In this document: in pieces, positions 31,045 to 41,671 of the stretch | Numbering within the stretch: the first letter of the stretch is position 1 | Layout of the letters: each line of letters starts with the position of its first letter | Assembly: GCA_963727775.1 (NCBI GenBank) | Contig: CAVSHB010000003.1 | Location: 384,001 to 448,000, forward strand | DNA length: 64,000 bases | Source of the DNA: an uncultured Nitrospiraceae bacterium | Lineage (GTDB): Bacteria > Nitrospirota > Thermodesulfovibrionia > Thermodesulfovibrionales > SM23-35 | Direction of reading: 5' to 3' | Notes under the pieces: generated by a model | Seen by the model: only the letters and a program-made list of their open reading frames with translations | The model's database searches: none | Told to the model about the DNA's origin: nothing | Position numbers and translations under genes: made by a program

Positions 31045-33569
31045 TGTAAACTCCGCTCAAGGGGTTTGACCCATCCACCGTTCCATCCATAGAGAGCTAC
31101 CCTTGTAATATCAAGTTTTTCCAAAGTGGTGTGGAATAGAACAGGCAATAGTTCACTCAGCCTGACCTTGCTTTCTGCCTGGTCTGCCAATAGTAAGCTG
31201 ACGGTATTTTCACTCGCTATCTTTGCGTCTTCCACCATTTTTCTTATATTTACAGTACCTTTTTCTCTTTGCACAGGTATTTCTTTTTCCGACAAAAAAA
31301 CATTAATGACGGCAGCGTCGTCGCATTTTACTTCATACTCGTACCTGGTAATAAAACTGTTCAGGGATTCCGCCTTTGCGTTTACCGCGGACATATCTTT
31401 TATCAGAATTCCCTCGGGCAGCATACTGTTCAGCTTTGTCTTGTTGTTAATCAAATCAAAGGGAGGGGTCACTTCCATATCAAAATATTCACTCAACCCC
31501 GCAACTCCCACGCCGAGAGGAGGACCGAAAGACATCTTCGGAGACGGATGAAAACCTTTTGAATATTCTAAAGGAAACCCTGCCCGCCGCAATGCCCTCT
31601 GTAACATTGTAACAAGTTCAAGATGAGAAAGATATTTTAATCTGCCTGTCTTTGAAAATTCGACCCTTATCCTGACAGGTTTGAAGGGTACCGGAAAAGG
31701 AACCGAGGACCCGGAAACCCTGAGTCCCGGAGATAGATCCGGATTATCATATCCCGCTGTTTCCACCTTTGCACTGCTTATTCCCTCGCGCGTTTCTTTT
31801 GAGCATTCAAGCCCGCACGAGCGGCAGATTTTTCTGCAATCAGGCGTGATCTCTGCAGATAATGATTTCTGATATTCTTCCCATAGAAATTCTTTCCTCA
31901 CTCCAATGTCTATAATATCCCACGGTAGGGGGTCTGAAAATCCAAAGGCCTTTGTCGCCGTATCCGCTGAATCTATTCCCGTGAGATTCATCGCAGCGGT
32001 CCATTTCTCGAAATCAAACACTTCCGACCATCCGTCGAGCCTGCACCCGAGAGACCAGGCCTTCTCAATCAACAAGGAAAGCCCCTCATCACCACGGGCG
32101 AAGGCGGCCTCCAAAAGGCTCATTTCCACACTATGACCCTTAATATTAAAGCCCCTTTTTATCAGCACATCCCTGAGATACTTCTTCTTTCTTTTCAGCT
32201 CGTCGGAAGGGTTTTGCCCATACCATTGAAATGGTGTATGCGCTTTGGGTACAAAAGGAGAAACGCCCACATTGATATTAACAAACCTCTTTGTATACTG
32301 TTTTGCGGTTTTGAGAGCTTTTAAAGCCATTCCTGGGATTGCCTCTATGTCCTCCCCGGTTTCGGTCGGCAAACCAATCATGAAATAAAGCTTGAGATTA
32401 AGCCATCCTTCTTCGAATAATATCTTGAGTGATCGTTCATAATCCTCTCCGGAGAAGTTTTTATTAATAACTTTTCTAAGTCTTTCGGTACCTGCTTCAG
32501 GCGCGATAGTGAAGCCGGTTTTGCGCACAGAGCGTATCTCTTTGAGGAGATCGGCGTTTATCGACGCGACTCTTAAAGACGGCAGTGAAAGCCCGATTTT
32601 ATCTTTGGAAAATCGTCTATTAACTCCCTTTACCACCTGTAACAGGCAGCTGTAGTCCCCGGCGCTCAGTGAGGTGAAAGCGATCTCTTCGTAGCCCGTA
32701 TTTCTCAGAGCTTTTTCCGCAAGCTCTAAGGCCTTTCCGGCGCTTCTTTCGCGGACCGGTCTGTATATCATGCCGGCCTGACAAAATCTGCAGCCCATAG
32801 AGCATCCCCTTGATACCTCAATGTTTATCCTGTCATGGACGATTGCTGTATAAGGAACAATCGGGTTATCCGGATAAGGGGCGTCGTCCAGAGATTTGAT
32901 GAAGCGCCGTTGGACCGGCCTGGAACCTGGGGCATGGAGTTTGAAGTTCCCGGATGAATTGTGGACCAGAGGGACATACATCCCTTCAATCTCAGAAAGT
33001 GCGCGGAGGAGCGAACCACGTTTTCCATCTCCGTCGGATTTCCACGCTTGGAATATGTCCAATATCTCTCTTATGACTTCCTCGCCGTCACCAATCAGGA
33101 ATGCATCAATAAAAGGGGACATAGGCGCAGGATTCACAGTGCAAGGGCCCCCGGCAATGACCAGAGGATAACGGCGACCGGATACCGAATTGTCCCTGTC
33201 TTCAGACTTAATGGGGATTCCGCCGAGATCCAGCATGTTAAGGACCGTTGTATATGAAAGTTCATACTGCAGGCTGAAGCCGACAATATCAAAATCTCTT
33301 AATGGAAGATTTGATTCCAAAGACGAGAGCAATGCTCCCCGCGCCTTCATCTCGGCTTCAAGATCGACCCATGGAGAGAACGCCCTTTCTGCAGACGCGA
33401 AAGGAAGGTCGTTAATTATCTTGTAAAGGATTTTGAGTCCCAAATGGGACATCCCGATTTCGTAAATGTCCGGGAAGGCAAGGGCAACTTTCACAGGAGT
33501 TTCCTTGTAAATGGAATTGATCTCTCTGTTTATGTACCTGCTCGGTTTTTGTAAAGAAGATAGATTCAC
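31026..33569 (-). CDS. B12-binding-type radical SAM protein (TIGR03960-like) fused to DUF2344-like domain
   Basis: KPSRY, FPDIYEIGMSHLG, RGCSMGCRFC, C-terminal YLSHLEL...GFHPSPK; start moved to GTG 33569 to avoid overlap with bamD. Confidence 0.88.
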   Translation of the reverse strand: MNLSSLQKPSRYINREINSIYKETPVKVALAFPDIYEIGMSHLGLKILYKIINDLPFASAERAFSPWVDLEAEMKARGALLSSLESNLPLRDFDIVGFSLQYELSYTTVLNMLDLGGIPIKSEDRDNSVSGRRYPLVIAGGPCTVNPAPMSPFIDAFLIGDGEEVIREILDIFQAWKSDGDGKRGSLLRALSEIEGMYVPLVHNSSGNFKLHAPGSRPVQRRFIKSLDDAPYPDNPIVPYTAIVHDRINIEVSRGCSMGCRFCQAGMIYRPVRERSAGKALELAEKALRNTGYEEIAFTSLSAGDYSCLLQVVKGVNRRFSKDKIGLSLPSLRVASINADLLKEIRSVRKTGFTIAPEAGTERLRKVINKNFSGEDYERSLKILFEEGWLNLKLYFMIGLPTETGEDIEAIPGMALKALKTAKQYTKRFVNINVGVSPFVPKAHTPFQWYGQNPSDELKRKKKYLRDVLIKRGFNIKGHSVEMSLLEAAFARGDEGLSLLIEKAWSLGCRLDGWSEVFDFEKWTAAMNLTGIDSADTATKAFGFSDPLPWDIIDIGVRKEFLWEEYQKSLSAEITPDCRKICRSCGLECSKETREGISSAKVETAGYDNPDLSPGLRVSGSSVPFPVPFKPVRIRVEFSKTGRLKYLSHLELVTMLQRALRRAGFPLEYSKGFHPSPKMSFGPPLGVGVAGLSEYFDMEVTPPFDLINNKTKLNSMLPEGILIKDMSAVNAKAESLNSFITRYEYEVKCDDAAVINVFLSEKEIPVQREKGTVNIRKMVEDAKIASENTVSLLLADQAESKVRLSELLPVLFHTTLEKLDITRVALYGWNGGWVKPLERSLQWTAKY

Positions 33570-33729
33570 AGAATAAGGATACCATCTCAAATGGTTATTT
33601 ATCAAGGCATTACAGGCGACCTGCTGCATTATACCGCTTTGTTCTTCAGAGATATCCCGGGTGTCCTGATCAAAGCGAACAAACACACCGGTATGAATGA
33701 ATTCCTGTAACATGCTATAATACACGGCA

Positions 33730-34494
33730 ATGGAAAAAAGGAAGAGTTTCAACATATTTTTAGTTTTTTTAATTCTGTTCATACTTTCATGTTCTACGAA
33801 ACAGACGATCAAACCTTCAGAAAAATATGATCCTGAAAAAGAATTCGCGACTGCCAATGAACAGTTGGATAAGAAAGAATACGACCAGGCAAGGGCAGGC
33901 TTTCTTGAGGTTAAGAACAGGGATACATCGAAAAAATTAGCCCCTTTGGCCCAGCTAAAGATTGCGGATTCCTATGTCAAAGAGGAAGAGTTTGAGCATG
34001 CCGTTTCCGAATATCAAAAGTTCCTCGAAACATATCCCGACAATCAATATGCATCATATGCCCAGTATCAGATCGCGATGGTATATTTTAATCAGATAGA
34101 AGGTCCTGAAAGGGGATATGGGGGGGCGGCTAAGGCCCTCGAAGAATTCGAGAAGCTGAAGAAGATGTTCCCGAGGAATCCATACAAGGATGTTGTGGAA
34201 CTCAGGATCGAAAAATGTAAAAATACGATGGCCGAATATGAATACCTCGTCGGCAGTTTCTATTATAAAAAAGGTTCCTATAGCGCGGCGATTGGAAGGT
34301 TTGAGGGTTTATTGAAAAAGTATCCTGAATACAAAGGAGAGGCCGATGTCCTTTTTCTTACCGGCGTTTCTTATAAGAAACTGGGGCAGAAGGAAAAGGC
34401 CGCGGAGTATCTTGCCCGTCTCATTGAGAAGTATCCCAATAACAAATTCTCTAAAGACGCCAGGAAAGAACTTGCTTCTATTAAACCAAAGTAA
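33730..34494 (+). CDS. bamD: Outer membrane protein assembly factor BamD
   Basis: Lipobox ILSC, TPR units, FLETYP..YAQYQ, EYLVGSFYYKK..Y.AAIGRF. Confidence 0.9.
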   Translation: MEKRKSFNIFLVFLILFILSCSTKQTIKPSEKYDPEKEFATANEQLDKKEYDQARAGFLEVKNRDTSKKLAPLAQLKIADSYVKEEEFEHAVSEYQKFLETYPDNQYASYAQYQIAMVYFNQIEGPERGYGGAAKALEEFEKLKKMFPRNPYKDVVELRIEKCKNTMAEYEYLVGSFYYKKGSYSAAIGRFEGLLKKYPEYKGEADVLFLTGVSYKKLGQKEKAAEYLARLIEKYPNNKFSKDARKELASIKPK

Positions 34495-34499
34495 ATCAA

Positions 34500-35165
34500 A
34501 TGCCGGAAAGATCCTTTGCCCCTGAAGTAACCAACGTCTACTATCCTGCATTCCTTAATCTCAAAGGGAAAAAAGTAATTGTTATCGGTGGCGGTAAGGT
34601 TGCGGAAAGAAAAATAGCTGCCTTACTTAAGACCGGTGCGGATGTAACGGTCATCAGCCCTGAAATTACACGAAAGATTGAGAAAGAGAAACAGAGAGCC
34701 GGGCTAAAACATATCCATAGACGGTACAGGAAAGGCGACCTGAAAAACGCATTTCTTGCGATTGCCGCCACTGATTCTCCAGGTGTCAATGACAAAGTAT
34801 CAAAAGATGCTTCCTGTCTTGTTAATGTAGTGGACACCCCTCATTTATGCAATTTCATTGTCCCGTCCGTTATAAAAAGAGGTCCTCTGACCATTGCCAT
34901 ATCAACCAGCGGCGTCAGCCCTGCCCTTTCGAGGTCAATTCGCAAGGAGCTTGAAAAAAGTTTTGGCCCTGAATTTTCAGATTATTTGAAAGCATTGAAG
35001 GCAATTCGTTCCGAAGCAGTCAAAACAATTCTGGATAAAAGACAAAGGGAAGAATTTTTAAAAGCTGTTGCGTCGGAAAAAATGATCCAGATGCTCAGAG
35101 AAAGAGGATTTAAAAAAACAAAAAAGGTTGCAACCGATTTATTCAGAAAAAAGAGGGCCACTTAA
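34500..35165 (+). CDS. Precorrin-2 dehydrogenase / sirohydrochlorin ferrochelatase (SirC/CysG-N type)
   Basis: YYPAFL, GGGKVAERK, VNVVD.P.LCNF, IAISTSG.SPA. Confidence 0.92.
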   Translation: MPERSFAPEVTNVYYPAFLNLKGKKVIVIGGGKVAERKIAALLKTGADVTVISPEITRKIEKEKQRAGLKHIHRRYRKGDLKNAFLAIAATDSPGVNDKVSKDASCLVNVVDTPHLCNFIVPSVIKRGPLTIAISTSGVSPALSRSIRKELEKSFGPEFSDYLKALKAIRSEAVKTILDKRQREEFLKAVASEKMIQMLRERGFKKTKKVATDLFRKKRAT

Positions 35166-35225
35166 TTCTCCATAAGCATTGCATTTGATATGGCTTAAAC
35201 AGTACAAGTATGGTAATATTTTGAA

Positions 35226-36119
35226 ATGGATATCCATCAGCTTAAAGTATTTGTCTCGGTTTTCAAGAACAAAAGCTTTTCAAGGGCCTCTGAAGAGATT
35301 CACCTTACACAGCCGACCATAAGCAATCATATTAAGGCGTTGGAAGCTGAGTTTGATTGCAAGCTGTTCGACAGGCTCGGCAGGACTATTATCCCAACAA
35401 AAGAGGCCGAGGTTTTATATAGCCATTCGATTGAACTCATCGAAAAAGCCAATGCCTTAAGAGAGACCATAGGGCAGTTTAAAAAGGACCTGTCAGGGAA
35501 GATAGTCATCGGTGCAAGCACAATCCCTGGAGTTTATTTAATGCCCCGTATTATGACGGAATTCCAAAAAAAATATCCTTCGCTTTCCTTTCAGATTCTT
35601 ATATCCGACTCCACGGGAATTACTGACAGCGTATCAAAGCACGAATTGCTTCTGGGTATTGTCGGCGCAAAACTTACCAATGAACAGCTAAACTACATAC
35701 CCTTTGTTGAGGATGAACTCATTGCCGTGTCATCGCCGGGATTAGGAAAGAATAATATAATGACGCTCAAAGAATTAATAACATTGCCTATGGTTTTACG
35801 TGAAGAAGGCTCGGGTACCCGGAAGGTGGCCGAAAAATTCCTGGAAAGCAAAGGGATCTCCCTCGATAATATTAAGATTGCCGGTATCTTCGGTTCTACT
35901 GATGCAGTAAAACAGGCAGTAAAAGCCGGTCTGGGGGTTTCTATCCTGTCGAAGTTTTCTGTGGCTGATGAGTTGGAACACAAGATCCTTAAAGAGATAA
36001 AACTTTCCGATATCCAGATGAAAAGAAGGTTCTACATAGTGACCCATAAGAAAAGGACTTTGCCCCGTGCCTACGATACTTTTCTGAAGTACATCATGTC
36101 TGAAACGAAGAACCTGTGA
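35226..36119 (+). CDS. LysR family regulator (CysL-like)
   Basis: SFSRASEEIHLTQPTIS HTH, IGASTIPG, REEGSGTR. Confidence 0.93.
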   Translation: MDIHQLKVFVSVFKNKSFSRASEEIHLTQPTISNHIKALEAEFDCKLFDRLGRTIIPTKEAEVLYSHSIELIEKANALRETIGQFKKDLSGKIVIGASTIPGVYLMPRIMTEFQKKYPSLSFQILISDSTGITDSVSKHELLLGIVGAKLTNEQLNYIPFVEDELIAVSSPGLGKNNIMTLKELITLPMVLREEGSGTRKVAEKFLESKGISLDNIKIAGIFGSTDAVKQAVKAGLGVSILSKFSVADELEHKILKEIKLSDIQMKRRFYIVTHKKRTLPRAYDTFLKYIMSETKNL

Positions 36120-36179
36120 TGAGTTCCATCAATTTATAGTTTCCAAAGGGAATACGGAAAGCCTCTCATAGAGAAATAG

Positions 36180-38990
36180 CTATTTCATCTGATTAAGGGT
36201 CCTGCCGAGTTCTTCGAGGGCCTTTCCTGCTTCTTCGTACTTCCCTCTGCCCATGAGATTACGGTAGTTTTCGAAGGCCTTTGCCGCAGCGGCAGCGAGG
36301 TCTTTTCTTTCCGCTTTCTTTTCCTCTTTTGTTGCTGATGGTTTTGGTGTGGTGTAGCTTGCAGAACCCGCTATCTGCGGGAAGAATTTGCCGAGGGCCT
36401 CTTCAAAGGACGCGCCGTAGGCAAGCTGGTCGCCAAACACCACCACGACCCTTCTCAATTCAGGCATTTTCCCTACGGCTGCCTGGATATAAATAGGCTG
36501 TACGTACATGATGCGGTATCCGGACAATGGCACTGCGAGGAGGTTTCCGAACCTTACCTGGCTTCCTTGCTGGTTCCAGAGAGTGAGGTCCTTGCTTATA
36601 GTCTCGTCCTGATTAATGCGGATGCCGATCTGGAGCGGGCCATAGACCTGGCGGTCTTTAGGGAATTTGAAGAGCATCAGCTTTCCGTATTTATCGCCAT
36701 CGCACCGCGCCATGATCATGGATACCATGTTGTTCCTCGGACTATTCTTGTCAGTGCTGTAAGGGGAGAACGGGAGCGTAAGGACAAATTCCTCCTTGTC
36801 GGAATCGGGCAGTTTGGAAATCAGGTAATAAGGTGTGATGGGCTGCGCTTCCTCCGTCATTTTTGCGACCTTAGACACTTCCCAGGCGTCCTCGCGGTTA
36901 TAGAAAACGCCGGGGTCTGCCATGTGATAGATCGCATAAATGTGGCTCTGAATAGTGAGCAGGTCCTCGGGGTATCTCACGTGCGTCTTCAGTGATTCAG
37001 GCATGGCGTCAAAAGGTTTAAACATGGCCGGGAAGGCCTTTGCATAAGCCTGGATAACCGGATCGGTTTTATCGGCAACGTAGAAGTCCACCGAACCTTC
37101 ATAGGCATCCACCACTACCTTCACGCTGTTTCGTATATAGTTTGCATTTCCCATGGTAGGTTGGGAATAAGGATAGGTCGCTGCAGTCGTATAAGCGTCC
37201 CAGATAAAATAGATCTTTCCTTCGGCTATTACATGGTACACATCGCTATCGAAGGAGAGAAAAGGTGCGATCATTCGCACCCTGCGATTGATGTCCCGCG
37301 TGAAAAGAATGCGGCTTTCGGAAGTGAGTTCCTGGGTAGTGAAGAGCCTCAGTCCGTCGAAACGGATAGCGACGGCGAGTTTCTTCAGGAAGTTGTCGAT
37401 CTTAACGCCTGCTTTCCCTCCATAGGTATTCTGCGCGTTGGTGTCGCCTTTCGGAAAATCGAATTCTTTCAGCATGGTCTTGACGTAGACATGGTTGTAT
37501 GTCTCTTCGCCGAAGTAGATGCGCGGCTGGTCTATCTTAAGTTCGGGATAAGAGGCGACCGGCGGGATGTCCTTGATGTAGTATTCGGGCAGCCCTTCAT
37601 GAGTGAACTTGTTTACGGGAGCAGCGACATCTCCATAGCCATGTGTATATATCATTGTCTCATTCTGAAATGTCCTTGACTGGGCCGCGAGGCGTCCGAT
37701 ATTCAGCTCGCGCAGGGACAGCATGAGCTGGGTCAGTTTTCCGTTGATTATGTAGCGGTCGACGTCCACATCAGGGAAATTGTAGTAAAGGCGTATGAAC
37801 TGCGTCTGGTCGTTCACCGATTTGAGGATATCCGGCGCCCATAGTCGTATGCCGCCGATGATAGCCAGATCGCTTTGGGCGAGGACCCCGGTGGGCGACG
37901 GGTTGATGGGATAATCTATCTCGGTCACGTTCGTGAGTCCGTACGCTTCTTTTGTGAAATTGATGTTTCGTTCGAGGTATGGCTTTTCGAGCGGGAGCTC
38001 GTTCGGCGCGACCCTGAAGTGCTGGATTATCTCGGGGATTACCTTAAAACCGATAATCCATATCCCTCCGAGCAGAAGCGCACTTGCGAAATAGATCCCT
38101 ACGGTCCGTCTGGTGGAACTCGTGAACGATGCGTAGAGGAACAGAATGAGGCACCCTGTTAGAGCCGCGAGAGCAACAGTATAAGCAGGCAGCTGCGCGT
38201 GCAGGTCCGTCCAGCCCGCCCCGAATACAACGCCGCGATGGGAATAGAGGAGTTCATAGCGCGCGATAAAAGTGCCGGCGATAAAGACGAAGGTGCCGAA
38301 GAAGAAATTTGCGGAGATCTGTGTGACGAGACGGTGGATATAAGAGTTCCGGTCAAGGGTGTCCAGGTTAAATCCCTGGAATGTACGAAGGAGGGTATTC
38401 TCGACTGCATAGAGGCCGCCGACGAGAAAAAGAGAAAAGGAGAAGAGGCTGCCGAGCGAATCGACAATGAACTTCAAAAAGGGGAGCCTGAATATGTAGA
38501 ACCCTATATCTTTGAAAAATACAGGGTCTTCTTTTCCGAAGGGTACCGCGTTGAAGAAAAGGAGCGCCTCGTCCCAGTGTGCGGAGCTGATCGTGCCGGC
38601 AACAATAAACAATGGTATCTGGATGAGAAGGCCGGCGAAGAGTATGAACCTGGAGCGGTTATCTTTTACGGGCCATGGCCCTGTCTGTTTTTTTACACCG
38701 TGGTACCAGAAAAAGACATTTGCCAGGCCGAAGGGTATCGCGACAAATCCGCCGGCCAGAAAGAGCTTCGCCTGGAGAAACAGCACGCTCCAGTAGCGGC
38801 TTGCGTATCCAAGATTGTCAAACCAGAGCGATGTAAGGTAGACCTCACTGCCGATGTAGATGCCGGAAAGCACTACGACTCCGAGCAGTGCGAATGTGCC
38901 GGCTTTCTTGTAACGCCTTTGCTTCAGGTTGCGTAAGGCGGGTAGAAAGAAGATAAGGCCTATGAAAAGAAATATAAGAAAATTGAGCAT
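36180..38990 (-). CDS. UPF0182 family membrane protein
   Basis: LWF..LGY, DPVF.KDIGFY, IRLW, YTHGYG, PRIYFGE, NYIRNSVK, GNLL. Confidence 0.93.
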   Translation of the reverse strand: MLNFLIFLFIGLIFFLPALRNLKQRRYKKAGTFALLGVVVLSGIYIGSEVYLTSLWFDNLGYASRYWSVLFLQAKLFLAGGFVAIPFGLANVFFWYHGVKKQTGPWPVKDNRSRFILFAGLLIQIPLFIVAGTISSAHWDEALLFFNAVPFGKEDPVFFKDIGFYIFRLPFLKFIVDSLGSLFSFSLFLVGGLYAVENTLLRTFQGFNLDTLDRNSYIHRLVTQISANFFFGTFVFIAGTFIARYELLYSHRGVVFGAGWTDLHAQLPAYTVALAALTGCLILFLYASFTSSTRRTVGIYFASALLLGGIWIIGFKVIPEIIQHFRVAPNELPLEKPYLERNINFTKEAYGLTNVTEIDYPINPSPTGVLAQSDLAIIGGIRLWAPDILKSVNDQTQFIRLYYNFPDVDVDRYIINGKLTQLMLSLRELNIGRLAAQSRTFQNETMIYTHGYGDVAAPVNKFTHEGLPEYYIKDIPPVASYPELKIDQPRIYFGEETYNHVYVKTMLKEFDFPKGDTNAQNTYGGKAGVKIDNFLKKLAVAIRFDGLRLFTTQELTSESRILFTRDINRRVRMIAPFLSFDSDVYHVIAEGKIYFIWDAYTTAATYPYSQPTMGNANYIRNSVKVVVDAYEGSVDFYVADKTDPVIQAYAKAFPAMFKPFDAMPESLKTHVRYPEDLLTIQSHIYAIYHMADPGVFYNREDAWEVSKVAKMTEEAQPITPYYLISKLPDSDKEEFVLTLPFSPYSTDKNSPRNNMVSMIMARCDGDKYGKLMLFKFPKDRQVYGPLQIGIRINQDETISKDLTLWNQQGSQVRFGNLLAVPLSGYRIMYVQPIYIQAAVGKMPELRRVVVVFGDQLAYGASFEEALGKFFPQIAGSASYTTPKPSATKEEKKAERKDLAAAAAKAFENYRNLMGRGKYEEAGKALEELGRTLNQMK

Positions 38991-39271
38991 GGGGTCTCCT
39001 TTTAAGAGATTATAATCGATAACTTAGCATAGACCTAAGCTATTCCTGCAGTCAATGGCCGTTTGACACAAACTGCATTTCTTGTGAGGATACGTGAACC
39101 GGATATGCAGGAAAATTGTGTTGCTTCCGAGCGCTGTTGCAGGCCGTATTAGAGAGGCATTTCTGCTTCAGCCCCATTACTCTCCAGCGGCCCTCCTACT
39201 CGTAATTAATGACTCTCTGTTTTGAATCTTATCAATTTGTGTGATAATGTGTATACATTTACAGGTTTATT

Positions 39272-39739
39272 ATGGAGATATATCAATTAATAAAAGGATG
39301 TCTCGTTGTCGAGCTCGCTGTTGCCTCTATTTACAGCAGTCTCATGCACTTATTTCCTCAAGAAAAGGATTTTTGGGGCGACCTTTATAAAGATGAAAAA
39401 AGACATATATCCTTTTTGATCGAAGCTGCTGATAGCGGAAGATTTGATGAAATGCATACAGCAGATTTAGGATTTTCAATGCCTCTGTTAGATAGGACTG
39501 AAAAATTTATTGCGAACATAAATAACCACATTGGGAATAATCCTGTTTCGCTTGAAGAAGCGTTAAATATGGCTTTTCAAATTGAAGAGACCAAAGTGGA
39601 AGCTTTTACCAACGAGTTAATAGCTAATTTATCAGCTGCTGATAGCAAAGCATTTCTTCAACTACTGATGGAGGAAAAAACTCATATTGCCAAAATAAAA
39701 AATATGATGATCGAGAAAGGGTTCTTAAAATTATCGTAG
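39272..39739 (+). CDS. Ferritin-like (rubrerythrin-type) protein
   Basis: Paired E...ExxH motifs (DEKRH, EEKTH). Confidence 0.7.
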   Translation: MEIYQLIKGCLVVELAVASIYSSLMHLFPQEKDFWGDLYKDEKRHISFLIEAADSGRFDEMHTADLGFSMPLLDRTEKFIANINNHIGNNPVSLEEALNMAFQIEETKVEAFTNELIANLSAADSKAFLQLLMEEKTHIAKIKNMMIEKGFLKLS

Positions 39740-39806
39740 CTTTTCAGAGATAAACTTTTTAATATTCCTTAATCGATGAAGATTACTTATTGTATATATA
39801 ACAACT

Positions 39807-39977
39807 ATGTCTAAGAAACCTAACGGGAAATTAGATAAACCAGAAACCGATATCAACAAGATATGGTGTCCCGACAGGGAAGCGTTTCACTACGTAGAGG
39901 CTTGCGAGAAAAACTGTAAAAAGAAAGACAGATGTACGGCTTATAGAAATTATCTTGAGCCGGGCTTATTCTCATAA
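39807..39977 (+). CDS. 56-aa four-Cys small protein
   Basis: MSKKPNGKLDKPETDINKIWCPDREAFHYVEACEKNCKKKDRCTAYRNYLEPGLFS; fills the gap and stops 17 nt before the next ATG; no clear RBS. Confidence 0.6.
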   Translation: MSKKPNGKLDKPETDINKIWCPDREAFHYVEACEKNCKKKDRCTAYRNYLEPGLFS

Positions 39978-39994
39978 ACTATAGGAGGATTGTC

Positions 39995-40702
39995 ATGAAG
40001 AAAATATCATTTACAGCCACAGCCCTGGCCGCAGCCCTGGTGTCGTCCATTTTACTGACCTGTGCCACTTCAACATTTGCTGCAGAGCTTAAGCCAATCC
40101 AGCTCTTGAAACCGCAAACAGACGGCGGCAGACCCTTAATGCAGGTTTTAAAGGACAGAAGTTCTTCTCGTTCATTCGGGAAAGAGAAACTTTCTATGCA
40201 GGCACTTTCAAATCTTCTCTGGGCAGCCTTCGGGATGAACCGGACAGACACAGGGAAGCGCACTGCGCCTTCTGCGATGAACCGGCAGGAAATCGATATC
40301 TACGTTGCCATGGCTGAGGGCCTTTACTTATATGATGCGAAGACCCATTCGTTGCTTCCGATTCTCTCAGAAGACATCCGGGCTTTGACGGGCAGCCAGG
40401 ACTTTGTGAAAGATGCGCCTGTTAACCTCATCTATGTGGCGGATTATTCGAAGATGGGTTCTGCAACTAAGGAGGATAAAGATTTATATTCAGCTGCTGA
40501 TACGGGCTTTGTTAGCGAGAATGTTTATATGTATTGTGCTTCCGAAGGATTGGCAACTGTCGTACGCGCATCAATTGACAGGCAAGCCTTAGCAAAGGTG
40601 ATGAAGCTGCGCCCGGATCAGAAAATTGTCCTTGCACAATCGGTGGGATATCCGAAATTAATAGCCAAGCTCTCCGGGTATCACGACAGCGATACTAAAT
40701 AA
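39995..40702 (+). CDS. SagB/ThcOx-like nitroreductase family protein with signal peptide
   Basis: R.SSRSF, LSNLLWAAFG, RTAPSAMN, DTGFVSENVY. Confidence 0.88.
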   Translation: MKKISFTATALAAALVSSILLTCATSTFAAELKPIQLLKPQTDGGRPLMQVLKDRSSSRSFGKEKLSMQALSNLLWAAFGMNRTDTGKRTAPSAMNRQEIDIYVAMAEGLYLYDAKTHSLLPILSEDIRALTGSQDFVKDAPVNLIYVADYSKMGSATKEDKDLYSAADTGFVSENVYMYCASEGLATVVRASIDRQALAKVMKLRPDQKIVLAQSVGYPKLIAKLSGYHDSDTK

Positions 40703-40708
40703 AAGCCT

Positions 40709-41671
40709 CTAAACAGTAAGGCCGCATGCTTCAATAAGACGGAGGTCGTCTGCGGGACTTCTGCCGAGAGTGGTCAGGTAATTGCCGGTGATCATGCCGT
40801 CAGCCCCTGCCATAAATACCAGAGAATGAAAATCACCGAGAATCTGCAGCCTCCCGCCGCAGACTCGGATTTCTTTCTGTGGGAGGATGTGTCTGTAGAG
40901 GCTGATAATGTTCAAGCCTTCAAAAGGGTGTAGTACCCCTCTGATATCCAAGGGTGTGCCTTTGATCGGAACAAGAAAATTTACAGGGATAGAATCGACA
41001 TCGAGTTCCTTCAGAGAAAAGGCCATATCAATTCTGTCCTGCCATGTCTCTCCCATGCCGAAGATTCCACCGGAACATACTGATAGACCTGCAGACCTGG
41101 CTGCCTCTATAGTTTTGATTTTGTCGGTATAACTATGTGTTGTACATATCCTGCGGAAGAAAGCTTCAGAAGTTTCAAGGTTATGATGGTAACGTTCAAG
41201 CCCTGCTGACTTAAGTATGGAGAGCTCATTTTCATTAAGCAATCCGAGGCTTGCGCAGGGGACAAGGCCGATCTTTCTGATCTCTGATATCATATCGGCA
41301 ATGTCTGCCAAGGTTTTTCCGGAAACCTTTCTACCGCTTGTAACAATGGAAAATCTTTTTATCCCTGATTGTTTCGCATCAATTGCTTTTTGAATAACAA
41401 CCTCTCTATCGAGCAAGGGATAAATATCTATCTCCGCCTTACTCCGTGACGATTGGGCACAAAAAGAACAGTCCTCCGGGCAGGCGCCTGATTTTGCGTT
41501 GACGATAGAACATAAGCCTACAGCATTTCCCCTGTAACGCTCTCGTATTTTATTTGCAGATGCAAAGAGAGAAAAAATGTCGGGTCCTGATATTTTTGAA
41601 ATAAAAAGGGCGTCGCTTTTTGAAAGGGTTTTGCGTTCTGCTATCTTCTCGTTTAGACGGTTAATGTCCAC
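40709..41671 (-). CDS. bioB: Biotin synthase
   Basis: NAKSGACPEDCSFCAQS, YHHNLETS, CSGGIFGMGE, GNYLTT.G. Confidence 0.97.
   Translation of the reverse strand: MDINRLNEKIAERKTLSKSDALFISKISGPDIFSLFASANKIRERYRGNAVGLCSIVNAKSGACPEDCSFCAQSSRSKAEIDIYPLLDREVVIQKAIDAKQSGIKRFSIVTSGRKVSGKTLADIADMISEIRKIGLVPCASLGLLNENELSILKSAGLERYHHNLETSEAFFRRICTTHSYTDKIKTIEAARSAGLSVCSGGIFGMGETWQDRIDMAFSLKELDVDSIPVNFLVPIKGTPLDIRGVLHPFEGLNIISLYRHILPQKEIRVCGGRLQILGDFHSLVFMAGADGMITGNYLTTLGRSPADDLRLIEACGLTV

Noticed and set aside
33570..33857. N-terminal 96-aa extension of the radical SAM ORF
   Set aside because: Overlaps divergent bamD and its promoter region; family similarity begins at GTG 33569
39055..39205. Possible hairpins between UPF0182 and the ferritin-like gene
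   Set aside because: Pairings are short and interrupted, with no second copy or known motif
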